Part shown: positions 21,084 to 32,273 of the stretch, one piece after another | Position numbering within the stretch: position 1 is the first letter of the stretch | Layout of the letters: each line of letters starts with the position of its first letter | Source of the DNA: Pseudomonadota bacterium | GTDB lineage: Bacteria > Pseudomonadota > Gammaproteobacteria > Burkholderiales > Burkholderiaceae_D | Length of the DNA: 64,000 nt | Assembly: GCA_040390485.1 (NCBI GenBank) | Contig: JAZJYH010000044.1 | Location: 698-64,697, forward strand | Direction: 5' to 3' | The notes under the pieces: model-generated | Seen by the model: only the letters and a program-made list of their open reading frames with translations | Told to the model about the DNA's origin: nothing | Database searches by the model: none | Position numbers and translations under genes: made by a program

Positions 21084-21236
21084 ATGGACATACTGATAGG
21101 TGGAACACTAGGACTGGCCATCGGCGCCATCTGCCGTTGGCTGGACATCCCTTCGCCGGCGCCGCCGACCCCGATAGGGGCGCTGCTGGTGGTCGCGATG
21201 ACCGCCGGTTATGTGCTGGCCGGACGCTTTGCCTGA
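21084..21236 (+). CDS. DUF1427/XapX-domain small membrane protein (second paralog, 50 aa)
   Basis: GLAIGAICRWLDIPSPAPPTPIGALLVVAMTAGY; RBS CAGGA; starts 2 nt after the previous stop. Confidence 0.75.
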   Translation: MDILIGGTLGLAIGAICRWLDIPSPAPPTPIGALLVVAMTAGYVLAGRFA

Positions 21237-21299
21237 TATTTTTTTGTGAATTTTCCGATTATTTACCCGACGACGCACATCCCTTCATGAAAGCAGCCC

Positions 21300-21719
21300 A
21301 TGCAAACAGCCTTTAAAACCCTGCTGGCCCGGATTCCCGCCAGCCCTGACCTCGGCCTCCTGTATTTACGCCTGGCCGGCGCCCTGTTGCTATTCTATGT
21401 GCACGGCTTGCCTAAGCTGGTGCACTACAGCAGCGAATTACAGCATATCGACGACCCCCTGCACCTCGGACGCGGACTGACCTTATGGATGGCCCTGTTT
21501 TCCGAAATTCTCTGTCCGCTCCTGATCGTAATAGGCTGGCTGACCCAGCTGGCGGCCCTGCCCATCATATTCCTGCTGTTGGTCTCCATGCTGGTAGTGC
21601 ATCCCGACTGGAGCATCGCGGAGGGCCAGTTCGGCTGGCTGCTGTTGATCGTGTTCGTCACCATCGCTGTAGCGGGGCCGGGGCGCTATTCCATGGATGC
21701 GCAGCGGGGACAAGCATGA
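21300..21719 (+). CDS. DoxX family membrane protein
   Basis: GLLYLRL..HGLPKL, SEILCPLLIVIG, AGPGRYSMD. Confidence 0.85.
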   Translation: MQTAFKTLLARIPASPDLGLLYLRLAGALLLFYVHGLPKLVHYSSELQHIDDPLHLGRGLTLWMALFSEILCPLLIVIGWLTQLAALPIIFLLLVSMLVVHPDWSIAEGQFGWLLLIVFVTIAVAGPGRYSMDAQRGQA

Positions 21720-22369
21720 GCCAGAACAAGACACTGGGCATAGGCCTGGGCTTCACCGCGGGCTATGTGGACACCGTGGGTTTTGTGGCGCTGTTCGGGC
21801 TGTTCACCGCGCATGTGACCGGCAACTTTGTGCTGATAGGCAGCGAGCTGGCGCGACCTTCACACGGGGTGCTGATCAAATTCCTGGCATTTCCGGCCTT
21901 TATCGGTGCGGTGGCGCTGACCCGCATGGTCGTGCTGTGGCTGGAACGCAGCGGCAAGACGCCCCTGCGCAGCGTGGTGGCGATGCAGATCGCTTTCCTG
22001 CTGGCGTTCATGGTGCTGGGCTATTGCGCGCTACCGATACTGAAGACCGATACGCCGCTGGCCCTGCTAGCCGGCATGGCGGGCGCGGCGGCGATGGGGG
22101 TGCAAAATGCCGCCAGCAAGCTGGTGTATAACGATATCGCGCCGACCACGGTGATGACCGGCAATGTCACCCAATTGGTGATCGACTTGATGGATATCCT
22201 GCGTGGCAGCACCGACCCCGCCGTGCGTGGCAGGATAGGCAAATTCCTGTGGCCCATCCTTGCTTTTGGTCTGGGCGCCATAGGTGGCGCCTTTGCCTAC
22301 CTGTACCTGCAGTTTTGGGCACTGGCACTGCCCATCGCCATCCTCGGCTGGTTTGCAGTCACGGATTAG
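21716..22369 (+). CDS. YoaK/DUF1275 family membrane protein
   Basis: AGYVDTVGF, FTAHVTGNFV, AMGVQNA, TTVMTGNVT; ATGA overlap with the DoxX gene. Confidence 0.87.
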   Translation: MSQNKTLGIGLGFTAGYVDTVGFVALFGLFTAHVTGNFVLIGSELARPSHGVLIKFLAFPAFIGAVALTRMVVLWLERSGKTPLRSVVAMQIAFLLAFMVLGYCALPILKTDTPLALLAGMAGAAAMGVQNAASKLVYNDIAPTTVMTGNVTQLVIDLMDILRGSTDPAVRGRIGKFLWPILAFGLGAIGGAFAYLYLQFWALALPIAILGWFAVTD

Positions 22370-22463
22370 CCGGCAGGCAAACCGGCGCAAGCTTGAGCAC
22401 GCTTGATTTAAGACGCTAAGCTGATATTTAGACTAGCGCCCCGGTTTGCCCTAAAATGGCGGC

Positions 22464-23471
22464 ATGAACCATTTAGATATCCTGCTGCCCTTCGCCATTC
22501 CCCCTGCCCCGCTCGCCCCCGACCTGGTGCGAGAACTGAAAGTCCCGGCGCTTGCCTTGCTCGTTTCAAGGGCCAAAGCTGTCAGTACGCATCAGTTCGA
22601 AGAATTTTCACGGCAATTGCCGCACGAAGCACTGCTATCCGGGCAAGTCGCCGGCGCCGGCAGCTTGCAGGAGTTTGCCGCATCCAGCCCCGCCGATACG
22701 CACGACAAGATGCAGGCCCTGGGCGTGCAGGCTGCGCCGGGCCATTGGTTCACGCTCAGCCCCGTGCACATCCACATCGCCAGGGATCACCTGGTGCTGA
22801 CCGATCAGCGACGCCTGGAAATTCGCGAAGATGAGGCGCGAGCGCTATTTACATCCGCGCAAACCGCCTGCGACGAAGCCGGCAAAACCCTGGTATATGG
22901 CGACGCCACGACCTGGTTCCTGCAGGCCGACGACTGGGCCGGCATGCAAACCGCTACGCCCGATGCGGCTTGCGGACACAATATAGACATCTGGATGGCA
23001 AAAGGCGCCAGCGAACGGCCATGGCGCAAGCTGCAAAACGAGATCCAGATGCTGTGGTTCACCGACAAGGTCAATGCCGAACGCGAAATGCAGGGCCTGC
23101 GCCCCATCAATTCCGTCTGGTTATGGGGCGGCAGTTCGCGAGCGCTGGGCCAGCGGCAAATTCGCAGCGCCGACGCCGGCCTGGCCAGCGCCCTGGCCGG
23201 CAGCGCTGAAAACAAACTGCTCTTGCTGGACCAACTGATAGAACCGGCCCTGAATCAAGACTGGGCCGCCTGGCTGGACCAGGCGCATGCATTGGAAGCT
23301 TCCTGGTTTGCTCCTGTGCTGGCCGCCTTGCAAGGCGGGAAGCTGGACCGGCTGAACCTCAATGTCAGCGATGCCGCGACCCTCGCCTGTTTTACGGTGA
23401 CGCCGTGGTCACTACGCAAATTCTGGATAAAACCCAGCCTGAAACCGCTCACTTCCATCGGCACCTCATGA
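22464..23471 (+). CDS. Conserved protein upstream of recJ (RpfE/phosphoglycerate-mutase-like)
   Basis: LSPVHIHIARDHLVL, WRKLQNEIQMLW, INSVWLWG; ATGA overlap with recJ. Confidence 0.65.
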   Translation: MNHLDILLPFAIPPAPLAPDLVRELKVPALALLVSRAKAVSTHQFEEFSRQLPHEALLSGQVAGAGSLQEFAASSPADTHDKMQALGVQAAPGHWFTLSPVHIHIARDHLVLTDQRRLEIREDEARALFTSAQTACDEAGKTLVYGDATTWFLQADDWAGMQTATPDAACGHNIDIWMAKGASERPWRKLQNEIQMLWFTDKVNAEREMQGLRPINSVWLWGGSSRALGQRQIRSADAGLASALAGSAENKLLLLDQLIEPALNQDWAAWLDQAHALEASWFAPVLAALQGGKLDRLNLNVSDAATLACFTVTPWSLRKFWIKPSLKPLTSIGTS

Positions 23472-25156
23472 CACGCATCACTACCCGTCCCTATTCCCTG
23501 CGCGACTCGGAAAGCTTGCGCCAAAGCGGAGTGCATCCGGTATTGGCCCGGCTGTACGCGGCGCGCGGCACCAAGGAGACCAGGGAGTTGCTCACCGAGC
23601 TCAATTCCCTGATACCGCCGGCCGGCTTGCTGCATATCGACAAAGCCGCCGCATTCCTGGCCGACGCCATCGCTCAAAACAAGCAGATGGTCATCGTGGC
23701 CGACTACGATTGCGACGGCGCAACCGCCTGCGCCGTCGGCCTGCGCGGCCTGCGCATGCTGGGCGCGCAAGTCGACTATATCGTGCCCAACCGTTTTGAA
23801 TACGGTTACGGCCTGACGCCGGAAATCGTGGCGCTGACCGTCAGGGAAAAATCGCCGGACATCATCGTCACCGTCGATAACGGCATCGCCAGCATAGACG
23901 GCGTTGCCGCCGCCAATGCGCTAGGCATAGACGTGGTCGTCACCGACCACCATTTGCCGGCCGATACGCTGCCGGCAGCGCGCGTGATCGTCAACCCCAA
24001 CCAGCCGGCTTGCGGCTTCCCCAGCAAGAACCTGGCCGGTGTCGGCGTGATGTTCTATGTATTGCTGGCCCTGCGCGCAGAAATGCGCAAGCGCGGCATC
24101 TACGATATGCAAAGCCAGCCCAAGCTGGACACTCTGCTGGACCTGGTGGCCCTGGGCACGGTCGCCGACGTCGTCAAGCTGGATGTGAATAACCGCATCC
24201 TGGTCGCGCAAGGCATCAAGCGCATGCGCGCTGGCCGCATGCACGCCGGAGTTGCCGCGCTGTTTCGCGCAGCCGGCCGCGAAGCGCGCAGCGCCAGCCC
24301 CTTCGACCTCGGTTTTGCGCTCGGACCCAGGCTGAACGCCGCCGGCCGTCTGGCCGACATGGCGCTGGGGATAGAATGCCTGACCACCGACGATGAAGGC
24401 CGGGCCTGGGATATTGCGCAACAGCTGGATGCGATCAATCGCGACCGGCGCGAGATAGAAGCCGAGATGCAGGATACCGCGCTGGCCCTGCTCGATGATT
24501 TCAAGCCGCAGGACAGCTGCACCATCACCGTCTTCGACGAAGGCTGGCACCAGGGCGTGATAGGCATCGTGGCGTCCCGCCTGAAAGACAAATTCTATCG
24601 ACCCACGATTACCTTCGCTCCAGGCGGCGATGGATTGATCAAGGGTTCGGGCCGGTCGATACCTGGCTTCCACCTGCGCGATGCGCTGGACCTGGTGTCC
24701 AAGCATGCGCCCACGCTAATCCAGAAATTCGGCGGCCATGCAATGGCGGCCGGCCTGACCATACGCGCCGAAGACCTGCCGGCCTTCCAGGCAGCGTTCG
24801 AAGCGGTAGGCAAAAGCTGGTTGCAGCAGCACCAACTGGAGAGAATCGTGGAGACCGACGGCCCGCTGGAGGACGCCTATTACACGACCGACTTTATCAG
24901 TCTGCTGGATAGCCAGGTCTGGGGTCAGGGCTTTGCCCCACCCATCTTTTGCGATGAATTCAAATTGATCTCGCAGCGGGTGCTGAAAGAACGCCACCTG
25001 AAGCTGCTGCTGGAAAGGAATGGCCAGCGTTACGATGCAATCTGGTTCGGCCATACCGATACGCTCGCCGAAAGAGTCACGGTCGCCTTCAGGCTGGATG
25101 CAAACGAGTACAACGGCGTCACCCGGGTACAGTTGATGGTGGAGCATGTAGAGTAA
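23468..25156 (+). CDS. recJ: Single-stranded-DNA-specific exonuclease RecJ
   Basis: ADYDCDGAT, TVDNG, TDHH, LGTVADVV, GPRLNAAGR, FGGHAMAAG. Confidence 0.96.
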   Translation: MTRITTRPYSLRDSESLRQSGVHPVLARLYAARGTKETRELLTELNSLIPPAGLLHIDKAAAFLADAIAQNKQMVIVADYDCDGATACAVGLRGLRMLGAQVDYIVPNRFEYGYGLTPEIVALTVREKSPDIIVTVDNGIASIDGVAAANALGIDVVVTDHHLPADTLPAARVIVNPNQPACGFPSKNLAGVGVMFYVLLALRAEMRKRGIYDMQSQPKLDTLLDLVALGTVADVVKLDVNNRILVAQGIKRMRAGRMHAGVAALFRAAGREARSASPFDLGFALGPRLNAAGRLADMALGIECLTTDDEGRAWDIAQQLDAINRDRREIEAEMQDTALALLDDFKPQDSCTITVFDEGWHQGVIGIVASRLKDKFYRPTITFAPGGDGLIKGSGRSIPGFHLRDALDLVSKHAPTLIQKFGGHAMAAGLTIRAEDLPAFQAAFEAVGKSWLQQHQLERIVETDGPLEDAYYTTDFISLLDSQVWGQGFAPPIFCDEFKLISQRVLKERHLKLLLERNGQRYDAIWFGHTDTLAERVTVAFRLDANEYNGVTRVQLMVEHVE

Positions 25157-25206
25157 AGGACAGCGGCCTCCAGGCAGCATCGCCCCCCGGGATCCGCCTT
25201 GTGGCC

Positions 25207-26136
25207 CTACTGGACCTGTCTTACACTCAAGCCCTGTTTTTGCAATAACTCAACGACGCTGCCGCGCCCGACCAGGTGACCGACACCGATGACGACGAAG
25301 ACCTTCTTGCCGTCCCGGACCAGCCTGGCTATCTTGTTCGCCATCTCCGGATTGCGGTCGTCGATCAATAACTTCATCACGCGCGCCGAACCTGGGTCTT
25401 TGCCGGCCTCTTTTGCCAGCAGCTCGACCAGGCCGCCGGCATCCCCGCCTCTCCATGCGCCGGCAAGACCGTTGACGTACTCCACCGCGTCGCCATTATC
25501 AAAGCCATCGAGCACATCGGACAGCATGGACTCTCCATCCTGGTCGCCCAGCCCGCCGAGTACTGAAGCCTGAAATTCTATCGACTCCAGTTCTATCAGG
25601 TTTTTCTTGTCCGACCTGGCGCGCGCGATGAAATGCAGGCCTATGCCCGCCTCGGCTTTGTAGCCGAGTCCATCATACAAACCGACCGCCATCACGACCG
25701 ACAGCATCGCCGGCTTCAGCGTTTTCGCCTGCTCGACGGAAGGCCCCAGTTTCGAAGCAAGCTTCTGCCAGGTTGCCGGCGTCAGATGCTTTTCCAGGCT
25801 GTCCGCCGCCTTGTAGGTCAAAAAAGGCAGCATCCTGGCCGCGGCATCCGGCGCACTAGGGTCTACCTCCACGGCCAGCGTGTCGGTTTGCTGGTAGGCT
25901 TTTTCAACATATTCGGGCAAAGGGTAAAAGTCGGGTTTGGCCACGTGGATGGAACCAAACAGGAACACCGAATGCCCGGCTCCCTTTATTTCCCATAACA
26001 ATGGGCGCGCGGCAGGACTTGCCCCACTTTGCAGATCTTGCGCGCCCGCATTCGTACCCAAGCCGAGGAATGCGGCCAGCAAAAACTGCAGGGCAAGCGA
26101 GCATAGGCTTTGAGATCTTATTTTGGTTCTTGACAT
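25207..26136 (-). CDS. TraB/GumN family protein
   Basis: Signal peptide; LFGSIHV, LIELESIEFQ, DDRNPEMA, VIGVGHLVG. Confidence 0.88.
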   Translation of the reverse strand: MSRTKIRSQSLCSLALQFLLAAFLGLGTNAGAQDLQSGASPAARPLLWEIKGAGHSVFLFGSIHVAKPDFYPLPEYVEKAYQQTDTLAVEVDPSAPDAAARMLPFLTYKAADSLEKHLTPATWQKLASKLGPSVEQAKTLKPAMLSVVMAVGLYDGLGYKAEAGIGLHFIARARSDKKNLIELESIEFQASVLGGLGDQDGESMLSDVLDGFDNGDAVEYVNGLAGAWRGGDAGGLVELLAKEAGKDPGSARVMKLLIDDRNPEMANKIARLVRDGKKVFVVIGVGHLVGRGSVVELLQKQGLSVRQVQ

Positions 26137-26447
26137 CGCAGGCGCATCCTGGGTTTGGGTTAGACAGTCGTGGCGCTTCGCGTGCCGGATTGACTATTGG
26201 CGGCAGCAGGCACGCTTATCTTACCGCAACCCAAGAGCAAAATTATTGGGGAAGCAACATAAGCGCGAAAAACAGCTTTGCTTGCCTGCGGCGAAATCCC
26301 AGTATGGGCGCAGCAAAACAGGTCAGCCAAAGCCATCGCTCAAATTAGATGCCTTTATGATAAAAATCATCGCAACTATATGATTATTCGAAGAAAAAGT
26401 CGCCCTCTGTGCGGCGGCGGCCTATGATTTCCGGTACAATACCGGCC

Positions 26448-28778
26448 ATGAATATCGCACCAAAAAACCTGTTTTCCTATCCTCGCCATCGTACCGCGAG
26501 CAAATCCCCGGCGCCCTTCCTGCCGATGTCCCGCGCCGAAATGGATGCGCTGGGCTGGGATAGCTGCGACGTGATCCTGATCACCGGCGACGCCTATATC
26601 GATCATCCGAGCTTCGGCATGGCCCTGGTTGGCCGCTTGCTGGAGCACCAAGGCTTCCGGGTAGGCATTATCAGCCAGCCGGACTGGCACTCGGCCGACG
26701 CCTTCCGCGCGCTGGGCAAGCCCAATCTGTATTTCGGCGTCACCGCAGGGAATATGGATTCGATGGTCAACCGCTATACCTCGGATCGCAAGATACGTTC
26801 GGAAGATGCCTATACGCCGCATGGCGACCCCAGCAAGCGCCCCGACCGCGCGCTGGTGGTGTATGCGCAGCGGGCGCGCGAAGCCTATCCGGATGCCAAT
26901 GTGGTGGTCGGCAGCATAGAAGCCAGCTTGCGCAGGATTGCACATTACGATTACTGGTCGGACAAGGTGAAGCGTTCGGTATTGCCGGATTCCAAGGCCG
27001 ACATCCTGCTGTTCGGCAATGCAGAGCGCGCGCTGGTGGACCTGACCCACAGGCTGGCCGCGGGCGAGCCGATCAAGAATATCCGCGACCTGCGCGGCAC
27101 CGCCTTCATGACGCCGGCCGGCTGGCTGCCGTCGGAAGACTGGAGCGTGGTCAATTCCGTCAAGCTGGACACACCGGGCAAGGTGGAAGCGCATACCGAC
27201 CCGTATGCGATGATCCCGGAAAAAGAAGCCAAATGCGCTACCGACGCACCTAGCGATGCACCTGCCGGCGCAGGCACGGCAGCGATTGTTGACGCAAACA
27301 ATCCCGAGGCCGCCGCCAATGTGACGAATGTCATCAAGCAGCAGGCGATCCGCATCATGAGCCGCGAAGAGCGCCAGGCCATGCTGAAAGACAAGCACCT
27401 GAAGACCGTGATCCGCCTGCCCTCCTATGAAGAAATCAAGGATGACCCGGTCATGTATGCGCACGCCTCGCGGGTATTCCACCTGGAAGCCAACCCCGGC
27501 AATGCCAAGGCGCTGGTGCAAGCCCATGGCGAGCGCGACGTATGGCTGAATCCGCCGCCGCTGCCGCTGGCGATGGATGAGATGGACGGCGTGTACGACC
27601 GCGCCTATGCGCGCGCACCGCACCCCAGCTACGGCAAGGCCCGCATCCCGGCCTGGGAAATGATACGCTTCTCGGTCAACATCATGCGCGGCTGCTTCGG
27701 CGGCTGCACCTTCTGCTCGATTACCGAGCATGAGGGCCGCATCATCCAGAGCCGTTCCGAACCGTCCATCCTGCGCGAGATAGAAGAAATCCGCGACAAG
27801 GTGAAGGGGTTTACCGGCACCATCTCCGACCTGGGCGGTCCGACCGCGAACATGTACCGGCTGGCCTGCAAGGACAAGAAGATAGAAGAATCCTGCCGTC
27901 GCCTGTCTTGCGTCTATCCGAGCATCTGTTCCAACCTGGGCACCGACCACAGCAAGCTGATCTCGCTGTACCGCAAGGCCAGGGCCATCCCCGGCGTCAA
28001 GAAGATCCTGGTCAGCTCGGGCCTGCGCTACGACCTGGCCGTGCGCTCGCCGGAATATGTGAAAGAACTGGTCACGCACCACGTGGGCGGCCTGCTGAAG
28101 ATCGCGCCTGAGCATACCGAAACCGGCCCCCTGTCCAAGATGATGAAGCCGGGCATGGGCGCCTATGACGAATTCAAGGCGATGTTCCACAAGTTTTCCA
28201 AGGAAGCGGGCAAGGAGCAATACCTGATCCCCTACTTCATCGCGGCCCACCCGGGCACCACCGATGAAGACATGCTGAACCTGGCGCTGTGGCTGAAGAA
28301 ATACGACTTCAAGCTGGACCAGGTGCAAACCTTCATGCCTACGCCCATGGCCCTGGCGACCACGATGTACCATACGCGCAAGAATCCGCTGAAGAAAATC
28401 ACGGCAGATTCCGAAGTGGTGGAAACCGTGCGCGCCGGCAAGGTGCGCAAGCTGCACAAGGCTTTCCTGCGCTACCATGCGCCGGAAAACTGGGAAATCA
28501 TCCACGACGCGCTGATACGCATGGGCCGCCGCGACCTGATAGGCAGCGGCGAGCGGCATCTGATCCCATCCCGGCAGCCGGCGATACCGGTGCCGTCCAC
28601 GGCCACCGGCATCGTCAACGGCAAGCGTGTGGCCGCGCCGAAGATGAATACCTTCGGCAAGAAGCCCGCCCCAAGGACTGCCGCCGGCGCAACGGCGGTG
28701 CGGACCACCGCCATCAGCTCGCTGTCCTATAATGCAGCCAAACCCAAGGCCGCACCGGCAAAATCGGGACGCAAGTAA
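26448..28778 (+). CDS. ygiQ: YgiQ family radical SAM protein
   Basis: [11 protein letters not shown], CxxxCxxC as [28 protein letters not shown]; start could be 26424 or 26448. Confidence 0.9.
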   Translation: MNIAPKNLFSYPRHRTASKSPAPFLPMSRAEMDALGWDSCDVILITGDAYIDHPSFGMALVGRLLEHQGFRVGIISQPDWHSADAFRALGKPNLYFGVTAGNMDSMVNRYTSDRKIRSEDAYTPHGDPSKRPDRALVVYAQRAREAYPDANVVVGSIEASLRRIAHYDYWSDKVKRSVLPDSKADILLFGNAERALVDLTHRLAAGEPIKNIRDLRGTAFMTPAGWLPSEDWSVVNSVKLDTPGKVEAHTDPYAMIPEKEAKCATDAPSDAPAGAGTAAIVDANNPEAAANVTNVIKQQAIRIMSREERQAMLKDKHLKTVIRLPSYEEIKDDPVMYAHASRVFHLEANPGNAKALVQAHGERDVWLNPPPLPLAMDEMDGVYDRAYARAPHPSYGKARIPAWEMIRFSVNIMRGCFGGCTFCSITEHEGRIIQSRSEPSILREIEEIRDKVKGFTGTISDLGGPTANMYRLACKDKKIEESCRRLSCVYPSICSNLGTDHSKLISLYRKARAIPGVKKILVSSGLRYDLAVRSPEYVKELVTHHVGGLLKIAPEHTETGPLSKMMKPGMGAYDEFKAMFHKFSKEAGKEQYLIPYFIAAHPGTTDEDMLNLALWLKKYDFKLDQVQTFMPTPMALATTMYHTRKNPLKKITADSEVVETVRAGKVRKLHKAFLRYHAPENWEIIHDALIRMGRRDLIGSGERHLIPSRQPAIPVPSTATGIVNGKRVAAPKMNTFGKKPAPRTAAGATAVRTTAISSLSYNAAKPKAAPAKSGRK

Positions 28779-28796
28779 GAGTACCGTTTTCGCAAC

Positions 28797-28832
28797 AAAA
28801 GGCTGCCCAGCGTTCTTTGGTCAGCCTTTTTT
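28797..28832 (+). terminator. Intrinsic terminator after ygiQ
   Basis: AAAAGGCTG..CAGCCTTTTTT. Confidence 0.7.
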
Positions 28833-28969
28833 AGTTAACAAACAAGGTAAGCCTTATTTGCCGATGTACAATTTACCGGAACCCTCCATACGGCCTGTGC
28901 ACGATATCTGGCTTAAGTAAGCTGCAGCTTAATTATGAAAATCGTTATCCAACGGAGATCGGGGACATC

Positions 28970-29260
28970 ATGAAGCATATGAAAACGGTATTGATCCTGG
29001 AACACACGGAAGAAATGTTCGACAAGCTGACCTGCGACGTCTGCGGCGTAGAGTCCAAATGGGATGAAAACTGGGGCAGCGAGTCGCACGAAAAAATCAT
29101 CACCACGGTACAACTGGAAGAGGAAGAGTCCTTCCCCAGCGGCGGCCAGTCCCAGCAGACCCAATACCATATCTGTCCCGCCTGCTTCAAACAGCACCTG
29201 AGCAAATGGTTCGAGGGCCACAGGAACAGCAAGGCCACGGTGACCAGCTCGGTCTGGTAG
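28970..29260 (+). CDS. Small acidic protein with two CxxC motifs (possible Zn-binding)
   Basis: CDVC and CPAC; RBS-like GGGGAC; host-like codon usage. Confidence 0.7.
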   Translation: MKHMKTVLILEHTEEMFDKLTCDVCGVESKWDENWGSESHEKIITTVQLEEEESFPSGGQSQQTQYHICPACFKQHLSKWFEGHRNSKATVTSSVW

Positions 29261-29461
29261 CCCTGCTTAGCACCAGGCAACACCGACACTCCCCAATGCC
29301 ATGCACTTGCCCAGGAAATGCACTCGTGCATTCCTTGAGCAAATCATCTGGCCAATCCAGCAATACTGTTATTACAGATGCCTTGACATTTTCACCAAGA
29401 ATGGCTACAGCCAGCCTGCGCTCGGGTATAATGTAAGGTTTGATTGCAACCGAAAAGAATT

Positions 29462-30566
29462 ATGGAAGCCGAACGCCTAAATAGCCTGTCCGCCCTGCTC
29501 ACCGACCTGACCGGTCGTGAAGCCGAACTTCGGAGGTATCTTTGACTTCGATGTAAAGTCAGAGAAACTGGAACAAGTCAACGCCGAGCTGGAAGACCCC
29601 ACGGTCTGGAACGATCCTAAACGCGCCCAGGACCTGGGCAAGGAAAAGAAATCGCTGGAAGCCATCGTCTTCACGCTGACCAAGATCGATACCGATCTGC
29701 GCGATGCCAATGACCTGTTTGCAATGGCGCGTGAAGAAGGCGACGACGATACGCTGGAAGCAATAGAACAAGATGCGCAGGGCCTGAAAGAACTGGTCGA
29801 AGGCATGGAGTTCCGCCGCATGTTCAATAATCCCATGGATCCGAACAATTGCTTCATCGACATCCAGGCCGGCGCCGGCGGCACCGAAGCGCAAGACTGG
29901 GCGTCGATGCTGTTGCGCCAGTATTTGCGCTATTGCGAACGCAAGGGCTTCAAGGTCGAAATCCTGGAACAGTCCGACGGCGAGGTGGCCGGCATCAAGA
30001 CCGCCACCCTGAAGGTGGAAGGCGAATACGCCTATGGCTTCCTGCGCACCGAAACCGGCGTGCACCGTCTGGTGCGCAAGTCCCCTTTCGATTCCGCCAA
30101 CGGCCGTCACACTTCGTTCTCCAGCCTGTTCGTGTATCCGGAAGTGGATGAGTCCTTCGATATCGACATCAACCCGGCCGACGTGCGCGTGGATACCTAT
30201 CGCGCTTCCGGCGCCGGCGGCCAGCATATCAACAAGACCGATTCTGCGGTACGCCTGACGCACGGCCCGTCCGGCATCGTCGTGCAATGCCAGAACGACC
30301 GCAGCCAGCACCGCAACCGCGCTGAGGCCTGGGAAATGCTGAAGGCCAAGCTGTACGAACTGGAATTGCGCAAGCGCATGAGCGAAAAGCAATCGCTGGA
30401 AGACACCAAGACCGACGTGGGCTGGGGCCACCAGATCCGTTCCTATGTGCTGGACCAGTCCCGCATCAAGGATTTGCGCACCAGTTTTGAAACCGGCAAT
30501 ACCAAGGCCGTGCTGGACGGCGATCTGGACGACTTTATTGCGGCCTCATTGAAGCAAGGCGTTTAA
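29462..30566 (+). CDS. prfB: Peptide chain release factor 2, +1 programmed frameshift
   Basis: ATG 29462 gives [12 protein letters not shown] then CTT TGA C at 29540-29546; the +1 frame continues DFDVKSE.. with SPF and GGQ motifs to TAA 30566. Confidence 0.97.
29532..29546 (+). promoter_or_regulatory. RF2 autoregulatory frameshift site
   Basis: Internal SD GGAGGT followed by AT CTT TGA C. Confidence 0.95.
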
Positions 30567-30645
30567 GCCAGGATAGCCGGAAGGGCGAATGTAACACTCC
30601 TTACACCCGCCCTTCCGCGAGCAACTTACAGAAAACGATAATCCC

Positions 30646-32190
30646 ATGTCAGAACAAAACACACCGCAACATGATGCAGCCGAGCTGCCGCAAGATGAAA
30701 ACTCCGTCATTGCCGAGCGCCGCTCCAAGCTGGACGCCATCCGCGCGCAAGGCGGCGTGGCCTTCCCCAATGACTTCCGCCCGCAGCACAAGGCCGCCGA
30801 CCTGAAAGACCAATACGAGGCCAAGACCCGCGAAGAGCTGGAAGAAATGAATGTGCAGGTAGTGGTTGCCGGCCGCATGATGCTGAGGCGCGAAGCCGGC
30901 AAGAAGGCCGCCTTCGCGGTGCTGCAAGATGCCTCCGGCAGCAAGGCCGACGGCCGCATCCAGTTTTACGTCACCTCCGACAAGACCGGCGAAGCAGAGA
31001 TGGAAGCCTTCCGCCGCTATGACCTGGGCGACATCCTCGGCCTGGAAGGCACGCTGTTCAAGACCAAGACCGACGAGCTGACCATCAAGGTCACCGGCCT
31101 GCGCCTGCTGACCAAGTCGCTGCGCCCGTTGCCGGACAAGTTCCACGGCCTGTCCGACCAGGAAACCAAGTACCGCCAGCGCTACGTCGACCTGATCATG
31201 AGCGAAGATACGCGCCGCACCTTCAAGGCGCGCACCGCGGCGATGACCTCGATCCGCAACTTCATGACCAGCAACGAGTTCATGGAAGTGGAAACGCCGA
31301 TGCTGCACGTGATTCCCGGCGGCGCGGCAGCCAAACCCTTCATCACCCACCACAATGCGCTCGACATGCAAATGTACCTGCGTATCGCGCCGGAACTGTA
31401 CCTGAAGCGCCTGGTGGTCGGCGGCTTCAATCGCGTGTTTGAAGTCAATCGCAACTTCCGCAATGAGGGCGTATCACCGCGCCACAATCCGGAATTCACG
31501 ATGATGGAATTCTATGCTGCCTATGTCGATTACAAGTGGCTGATGGACTTCACCGAGCAGGTTATCCGCAAGGCCGCCGTCGATGCGCACGGCACCGCCG
31601 TGTTGACCTACCAGGGCCGCGAACTGGACCTGAGCAAGCCTTTCCGCCGCCTGACCATCGTCGGCGCGATCAACCTGTATGCACCGCACTATACCAATGA
31701 GCAGTTGCACGATGCAGAGTTCCTCAAGGCCGAACTGAAAAAATTCGGCGTCAAGCCGCACGTGATTTCCGGCCTGGGAGCCTTGCAACTGTCGCTGTTT
31801 GAAGAAACCGCCGAAGCGCAATTGTGGGAACCGACCTATATCATCGACTACCCAGTCGAGGTTTCTCCGTTGGCGCGCGCTTCCGACACCGTCGCCGGCA
31901 TCACCGAGCGTTTTGAACTGTTCATGACCGGCCGCGAGATCGCCAACGGCTTCTCCGAATTGAACGACGCAGAAGACCAGGCCGCCCGCTTCCAGGCGCA
32001 AGTAGCCGCCAAGGATGCAGGCGATGAAGAAGCGATGTACTACGACGCCGATTTCATCCGCGCACTGGAATACGGCATGCCTCCGACCGGCGGCTGCGGC
32101 ATAGGAATAGACCGCCTGATGATGCTGATCACCGATTCGCCGAACATCCGTGACGTGATCCTGTTCCCGCATTTGCGCCGCGAAGAGTAA
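30646..32190 (+). CDS. lysS: Lysine--tRNA ligase
   Basis: [49 protein letters not shown]. Confidence 0.97.
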   Translation: MSEQNTPQHDAAELPQDENSVIAERRSKLDAIRAQGGVAFPNDFRPQHKAADLKDQYEAKTREELEEMNVQVVVAGRMMLRREAGKKAAFAVLQDASGSKADGRIQFYVTSDKTGEAEMEAFRRYDLGDILGLEGTLFKTKTDELTIKVTGLRLLTKSLRPLPDKFHGLSDQETKYRQRYVDLIMSEDTRRTFKARTAAMTSIRNFMTSNEFMEVETPMLHVIPGGAAAKPFITHHNALDMQMYLRIAPELYLKRLVVGGFNRVFEVNRNFRNEGVSPRHNPEFTMMEFYAAYVDYKWLMDFTEQVIRKAAVDAHGTAVLTYQGRELDLSKPFRRLTIVGAINLYAPHYTNEQLHDAEFLKAELKKFGVKPHVISGLGALQLSLFEETAEAQLWEPTYIIDYPVEVSPLARASDTVAGITERFELFMTGREIANGFSELNDAEDQAARFQAQVAAKDAGDEEAMYYDADFIRALEYGMPPTGGCGIGIDRLMMLITDSPNIRDVILFPHLRREE

Positions 32191-32214
32191 AAACTTTGGC
32201 TTGATGGCAAATAC

Positions 32215-32238
32215 AAGGGCTGCACCGCAGCCCTTTTT
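32215..32238 (+). terminator. Intrinsic terminator after lysS
   Basis: AAGGGCTGC-ACC-GCAGCCCTT-TTT. Confidence 0.75.
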
Positions 32239-32273
32239 CACGCCTGGCTTTTTTCTGCGGGCCCCGTCACGGC

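Noticed and set aside
26376-28559. 727-aa antisense ORF (and similar long antisense ORFs over recJ, prfB, lysS, amidohydrolase, proteases and tad genes)
   Set aside because: Shadow frames of high-GC genes; they mirror recognisable sense-strand genes and show no family motifs.
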